Of a stretch of DNA of 64,000 nucleotides, positions 59,750 through 64,000 are shown piece by piece. The position numbers and the translations under genes are program-made. The notes beneath the pieces are model-generated. The model had not been told where the DNA came from. It ran no database searches and saw nothing but the letters and a program-made list of their open reading frames with translations. Every line of letters begins with the position of its first letter. Position 1 is the stretch's first letter. This DNA is from Spirochaetia bacterium (GTDB lineage: Bacteria; Spirochaetota; Spirochaetia; DAHUYW01), in contig JASHNV010000119.1 in the NCBI GenBank assembly GCA_030041455.1, positions 96,443 through 160,442 on the forward strand, in the 5' to 3' direction.

Positions 59750-60940
59750 TTACTCGGTAATCTCGATCACCTGACCGCTCGCGACGGTGCGCCCGCCCTC
59801 GCGGATCGCGAACCGGAGCCCTTTCTCCATCGCGATGGGATGGATCAGCTCGACGTTGATCGTCGTGTTGTCGCCGGGCATGATCATCTGCTTGTCGGCC
59901 GGAAGCTCGACGGTACCGGTGATGTCGGTCGTGCGAAAATAGAACTGCGGCCGATATCCGGTGAAGAACGGCGAGTGCCTGCCGCCCTCGTCCTTCGTGA
60001 GAACGTAGACGGTGCCCTTGAACTTCTTGTGCGGGGTGATCGTGCCGGGCTTCGCGAGAACTTGGCCGCGCTCGACGTCGTCCTTCTCGATGCCGCGCAG
60101 CAGCGTGCCGATGTTGTCGCCCGCCTGCCCCTGGTCGAGCAGCTTGTTGAACATCTCGACGCCCGTGATCACCGTATTCTTGGTGTCCCGGACCCCGACG
60201 ATCTCGACGGTGTCGCCGACCTTCACCACCCCGCGCTCCACCCTTCCGGTCACGACGGTGCCGCGCCCCTGGATGGAGAAGATGTCCTCGATCGGCATCA
60301 GGAAGGGCTGATCGATCGGCCGCTGGGGCATCGGGAAGTACTCGTCCATCGTGTCGAGAAGCTCCTTGATGCACTTCGTCTTCGCGTCGTCGTCGGGGTG
60401 CTCCATGGCCTCGAACGCGGCGCCCTTGATGATGGGAGTCTTGTCGCCGGGGAAGCCCTGCGCGTTCAGGAGATCGCGGACCTCCTGCTCGACGAGCTCG
60501 ATGAGCTCGGGATCGTCGACCTGGTCGATCTTGTTCAGGAAGACGAGAATGGAAGGAACTCCGACCTGCCGGGCAAGGAGCACGTGCTCGCGGGTCTGCG
60601 GCATGACGCTGTCGGGCGCCGAAACGACGAGGATCGCTCCGTCCATCTGCGCCGCGCCGGTGATCATGTTCTTGATGTAGTCGGCGTGCCCCGGACAGTC
60701 CACGTGCGCGTAGTGCCTCTTGTCGGTTTGGTACTCCACGTGCCGCGTGTTGATGGTGATCCCTCTCGCCCTTTCCTCCGGCGCGTTGTCGATATCCTCG
60801 TACTTCATGACCTTGTCGCCGTGCATGCGGCCGCAGTACATCGTGATCGCTGCGGTGAGAGTGGTCTTGCCGTGGTCGATATGGCCGATCGTACCGACGT
60901 TCATGTGCGGCTTCGTCCTCTCAAACTTCTCCTTCGCCAT
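59750..60940 (-). CDS. tuf: Elongation factor Tu
   Basis: [33 protein letters not shown]. Confidence 0.99.
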   Translation of the reverse strand: MAKEKFERTKPHMNVGTIGHIDHGKTTLTAAITMYCGRMHGDKVMKYEDIDNAPEERARGITINTRHVEYQTDKRHYAHVDCPGHADYIKNMITGAAQMDGAILVVSAPDSVMPQTREHVLLARQVGVPSILVFLNKIDQVDDPELIELVEQEVRDLLNAQGFPGDKTPIIKGAAFEAMEHPDDDAKTKCIKELLDTMDEYFPMPQRPIDQPFLMPIEDIFSIQGRGTVVTGRVERGVVKVGDTVEIVGVRDTKNTVITGVEMFNKLLDQGQAGDNIGTLLRGIEKDDVERGQVLAKPGTITPHKKFKGTVYVLTKDEGGRHSPFFTGYRPQFYFRTTDITGTVELPADKQMIMPGDNTTINVELIHPIAMEKGLRFAIREGGRTVASGQVIEITE

Positions 60941-60993
60941 CATCTCCTCCTTCGTGACAATACAAGAAAAATACGACCGATAGGCGGGCGCCC

Positions 60994-61022
60994 AGAGTAG
61001 CTCTCGCCGGGAGAATACTCAA
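60994..61022 (-). promoter_or_regulatory. Candidate sigma70 promoter for tuf, overlapped by an inverted repeat
   Basis: TTGAGT-N17-TACTCT; GAGTA-TTCTC...GAGAG-CTACTC dyad. Confidence 0.5.
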
Positions 61023-61026
61023 CGTC

Positions 61027-61277
61027 CGGAACCTATCCCCCGTGCCTGTTCCGACTTTCTGGTGATTGGTATGCTTTGAACTGCTTAAGGCGATCCCGGT
61101 AGAGGACGGCCCATACTATTGCTCGAAAGACAACAGCACGACAGCTTGCACCACCTTACCACCCTGACGCCCGCGCTCAGGCGGGCCGCCTCGATCCTAA
61201 CCAAGGATGATTGGTTTGGCCAAACAAGCCCGATGGGAGCGCTCCGCCGTCAGGCCGAAGCGAATCCCGATCGTGGA
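61027..61277 (-). ncRNA. ssrS: Probable 6S RNA (ends approximate)
   Basis: GUUUGGCCAAAC and GUUCAAAGC arms, GGCCC/GGGCC inner stem, GCCUG/CAGGC and CGGGAUU/GGUUCCG closing stems, UUCG-capped hairpin; motif order as in Firmicutes-type 6S; dedicated promoter. By eye, no covariance search run. Confidence 0.68.
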
Positions 61278-61283
61278 AAGCCA

Positions 61284-61312
61284 ATTCTATCAAATAATCC
61301 GAGAAAATTCAA
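61284..61312 (-). promoter_or_regulatory. Strong sigma70 promoter for the putative 6S RNA
   Basis: TTGAAT-N17-TAGAAT with TGn extension. Confidence 0.78.
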
Positions 61313-61332
61313 GTGCCGAACCGCCGGGTAGG

Positions 61333-61797
61333 CTACCACCGGTAGTGGGCAAAGGCCTTGTTCGCTTCCGCCATCCGGTGGGTGTCTTCCTTCTTTTTGA
61401 AGGCAGTACCCGTGTTATTGAAGGCGTCGAGGAGCTCCGCGGAAAGCCGCTCGGCCATGGACCTCCCGTTGCGCTCCCGGGAAGCCTGGATGATCCAGCG
61501 CATGCCGAGCGCCTCGCGGCGCTTCTCCCGGATCTCCACCGGCACCTGGTAGGTCGATCCGCCGACCCGCCTCGATTTGACCTCGAAAACGGGCTTGACG
61601 TTCTCAAGCGCCTTCAGGAAGATCTCGAGCGGCTCGCCCTTCGCCTTGATCTGCTCGAGCGCGTCGTAGACGATCCCCGTGCAGATGGACTTCTTTCCAT
61701 GAACCATCATTCTCGTAATGAACTTGCTCACGACCTGGCTCTTGTAGCGCGAATCGGGCGTGATCTCGCGCTTGGGAGCTTCTTTTCGTCTCGACAT
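61333..61797 (-). CDS. rpsG: 30S ribosomal protein S7
   Basis: [30 protein letters not shown]. Confidence 0.99.
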   Translation of the reverse strand: MSRRKEAPKREITPDSRYKSQVVSKFITRMMVHGKKSICTGIVYDALEQIKAKGEPLEIFLKALENVKPVFEVKSRRVGGSTYQVPVEIREKRREALGMRWIIQASRERNGRSMAERLSAELLDAFNNTGTAFKKKEDTHRMAEANKAFAHYRW

Positions 61798-61818
61798 GCC
61801 GGTTGACCCTTCCTGCCC

Positions 61819-62193
61819 CTATGCCTTCGGCTTCTTCGCCCCGTACTTGGAGCGCCCGCGCTTTCGGTCCTCGACGCCGAGCGTGTCCTTCGCCCCCCGG
61901 ATAATGTGATAGCGCACTCCCGGAAGGTCCTTGACGCGGCCGCCGCGGATGAGCACCACGGAGTGCTCCTGGAGGTTGTGCCCGATACCCGGGATGTAGG
62001 CGGTGACCTCGATCCCGTTCGTGAGGCGTACTCGAGCCACCTTCCGCAGCGCCGAGTTCGGCTTCTTCGGCGTCACCGTCATGACGCGGGTGCACACCCC
62101 GCGCTTCTGGGGGCAGGACTGGAGCGCCGGCGCCTTGGTCTTGTCGGTCGGCCTCATCCGGCCCTTGCGAACGAGCTGGTTTATCGTCGGCAT
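61819..62193 (-). CDS. rpsL: 30S ribosomal protein S12
   Basis: [31 protein letters not shown]. Confidence 0.99.
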   Translation of the reverse strand: MPTINQLVRKGRMRPTDKTKAPALQSCPQKRGVCTRVMTVTPKKPNSALRKVARVRLTNGIEVTAYIPGIGHNLQEHSVVLIRGGRVKDLPGVRYHIIRGAKDTLGVEDRKRGRSKYGAKKPKA

Positions 62194-62243
62194 AGAATCG
62201 CGCGCCCCCTTTCGGCGCCCCCGCTCCCGGCGGAGGCAGAGCC

Positions 62244-62272
62244 ACAGTACCGGCGCGATGCGAAAAAGTCAA
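62244..62272 (-). promoter_or_regulatory. sigma70 promoter for rpsL-rpsG
   Basis: TTGACT-N17-TACTGT. Confidence 0.72.
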
Positions 62273-62287
62273 GCGCGGCCACGGCCG

Positions 62288-64000
62288 TCACTCCTCCTCG
62301 TCGTCGGCGCTCGCGGCGACCGGCTCCGCAGCGGCGTCCGCCTCGCTGTCGATCTCGGCGTCGATGTCGGCGTTCTCGTACTCCGCCTCCTCCTCGCGCT
62401 CCTTCGCCGCCCTGCGCGCCTCGAGGATGCTCTGGATCGAGGCGTCGAGGTCCTCGCTCGTTTCGTCGAACAGCTTGATGTTCCGGTAGACCCGCTTGCC
62501 CGTCCCCGCGGGAATGAGGTGGCCGATGATGATATTCTCCTTCAGTCCGCGGAGCTCGTCGACGCTTCCCGCGATCGCGGCGTTCGTGAGGACCTTCGTG
62601 GTCTCCTGGAACGAAGCGGCCGACAGGAAGGAGTCGATGTTGAGGGACGCGCGCGTGATGCCGAGAAGCAGCGGCCGCGCGACGGCGGGCTGTCCGCCCT
62701 CGCGCATGACCCGCTGGTTCTCCTCGTGGAACTTGTACTTGTCGACGTGGTGGCCGTAGATGAAGTTCGTGTCCCCGACGCGGACGATCTCCACCTTGCG
62801 CATCATCTGGCGAATGATGACGCCGATGTGCTTGTCGTTGATGTTGACGCCCTGCAGGCGGTAGACCTCCTGGATCTCGTTCACGAGCCAGCTCTGAAGC
62901 GCGTTCTCTCCGAGGATGTGGAGGATGTCGTGCGGATCGACCGCCCCGTCGCACAGCTGCTCGCCCGCGTTGATCGTGTCGCCGTCCCGCACGAGCAGGT
63001 GCTTTCCCATCGAGACGAAGTGCTTGTACTCGCGCTCGTAGGCGTCCACGACGTTGATCACGCGCTTTCCCTTCGCGATTCCCTTGAACTTCACCATTCC
63101 GCTGATCATCGCGAGGATCGCCGGATTTTTCGGCCGGCGGGCCTCGAAGAGCTCGCCGACCCTCGGGAGACCGCCGGTGATGTCGCGCGTCTTCACGCTC
63201 TCCTTCAGCATCTTCGCGAGCGTGCGGCCCTTCACGATCTTGTCGCCGCTCTCGACGCTCAGGTACGCCGAGCCCGGCAGGAAGTAGCTCGCGAGCTCCT
63301 TGCCCTTGTCGTCCTCGACGATGATGCGCGGCTGCAGGCTCTCGAGGGTGAACTCGACGATCTTCTTCTCGATGTTGCCGGTGTCCTCGTTGATCTCCTC
63401 CTTGAGCGTGGTCCCGAGGACGATGTCCTCGAAGCGGATCCTGCCGTCCGCCTCCGAGATAATGGGCTCCGAGAACGGATCGAACACCGCGATCGACTCC
63501 TGCGACTCGACGATGTCTCCGACCTTCTTCAGGAGCTCGGCGCCGTTGCGGATCTCGATCTTCTGGTCCTGCGCGATGAGGAGGAGCTCCTTGTTGCGAA
63601 GCCTCGCGTAGGCGACGTCGGCGCTCTTGATCTCTTCCTTGCCCCGCTTGATGACCGCCTCGCCGGTGATCACGCGCTGGCCCTCGCTCACGAGGACCTT
63701 GTCGCGGGGCTCGATCGGAATGCGCTTGAGAATCTTCGCGACGACGACGTGGCCGCGCCGGGTGAACAGCGCCGATCCGCCGTCGAGCCCGACGACGTTG
63801 CCCACCACCTGCTTCACGAGCACCGGATACTTCAAGTAGACCCGGTTTTCCTCGCTCACCTTCGTCGCCGCGCCGCCGATGTGGAAGGTTCTCATGGTGA
63901 GCTGGGTCCCCGGCTGGCCGATCGACTGGGCCGCGATGATGCCGACCGCCTCCCCGATCTCCACCGAGCGGTTCGAGGCGAGGTTTCGCCCGTAGCACAT
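62288..64000 (-). CDS. rpoC: RNA polymerase beta' subunit, C-terminal part (starts beyond the right edge)
   Basis: [61 protein letters not shown]. Confidence 0.99.
   Translation of the reverse strand: MCYGRNLASNRSVEIGEAVGIIAAQSIGQPGTQLTMRTFHIGGAATKVSEENRVYLKYPVLVKQVVGNVVGLDGGSALFTRRGHVVVAKILKRIPIEPRDKVLVSEGQRVITGEAVIKRGKEEIKSADVAYARLRNKELLLIAQDQKIEIRNGAELLKKVGDIVESQESIAVFDPFSEPIISEADGRIRFEDIVLGTTLKEEINEDTGNIEKKIVEFTLESLQPRIIVEDDKGKELASYFLPGSAYLSVESGDKIVKGRTLAKMLKESVKTRDITGGLPRVGELFEARRPKNPAILAMISGMVKFKGIAKGKRVINVVDAYEREYKHFVSMGKHLLVRDGDTINAGEQLCDGAVDPHDILHILGENALQSWLVNEIQEVYRLQGVNINDKHIGVIIRQMMRKVEIVRVGDTNFIYGHHVDKYKFHEENQRVMREGGQPAVARPLLLGITRASLNIDSFLSAASFQETTKVLTNAAIAGSVDELRGLKENIIIGHLIPAGTGKRVYRNIKLFDETSEDLDASIQSILEARRAAKEREEEAEYENADIDAEIDSEADAAAEPVAASADDEEE

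Noticed and set aside
60975-61060. Fragments resembling SRP RNA, RNase P RNA, tmRNA or the c-di-AMP riboswitch (TTCTCCCG..GCTACTCTG; GAAAGTC; ACGGGGGA)
   Set aside because: Diagnostic cores are missing or out of order (no SRP domain IV, no tRNA-like CCA end, no GGGGTGAATC).
61101-61116. Mini-ORF MGRPLPGSP inside the putative 6S RNA (begins at 61115, extends to about 61086)
   Set aside because: No convincing SD, and it lies within predicted paired regions.
61157-61165. AGGGTGGTA resembling a T-box antiterminator
   Set aside because: Lacks the following CCGCG, a Stem I/specifier and an adjacent terminator; the 6S model explains the region better.

Overview
GC-rich (roughly two-thirds GC by eye) core-genome segment of a free-living-type spirochaete (Spirochaetota; inferred from the SpiroCoCo-like coiled-coil gene and the rplQ-rny-ymdB-tlyA-der and rpsT-hup-lnt-rho gene orders). 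It is mostly minus-strand housekeeping: the 3' part of rpoC, rpsL-rpsG, tuf, the S10-spc-alpha cluster (fusA, adk, map, infA and rpsD absent), rny-ymdB-tlyA, ptsI-der, a TPR/beta-barrel/ExbBD/TonB module, grpE-dnaK-dnaJ-rlmB, M23-bactofilin-yaaR, and rpsT-hup-lnt-RR-bactofilin-cinA-rho. Plus-strand inserts are plsC, tatD-purFMNDE, a MacB/LolCDE-type ABC transporter and a GerMN protein. I saw no tRNA, rRNA, CRISPR array or mobile element. The most notable hidden features: (1) a probable 6S RNA with its own strong sigma70 promoter, sitting where fusA normally lies between rpsG and tuf; (2) an uncharacterised Ton-like envelope operon that includes a protein with a cryptic NlpC/P60 Cys/His motif set; (3) a stand-alone 56-aa zinc-ribbon gene; (4) an orphan REC/pseudo-DHp regulator coupled to a free-standing cyclase-tail TPR peptide; (5) a 1062-aa acidic membrane protein; (6) several cis-regulatory elements. 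All promoter, RNA-structure and motif calls were made by eye and need computational or experimental confirmation.
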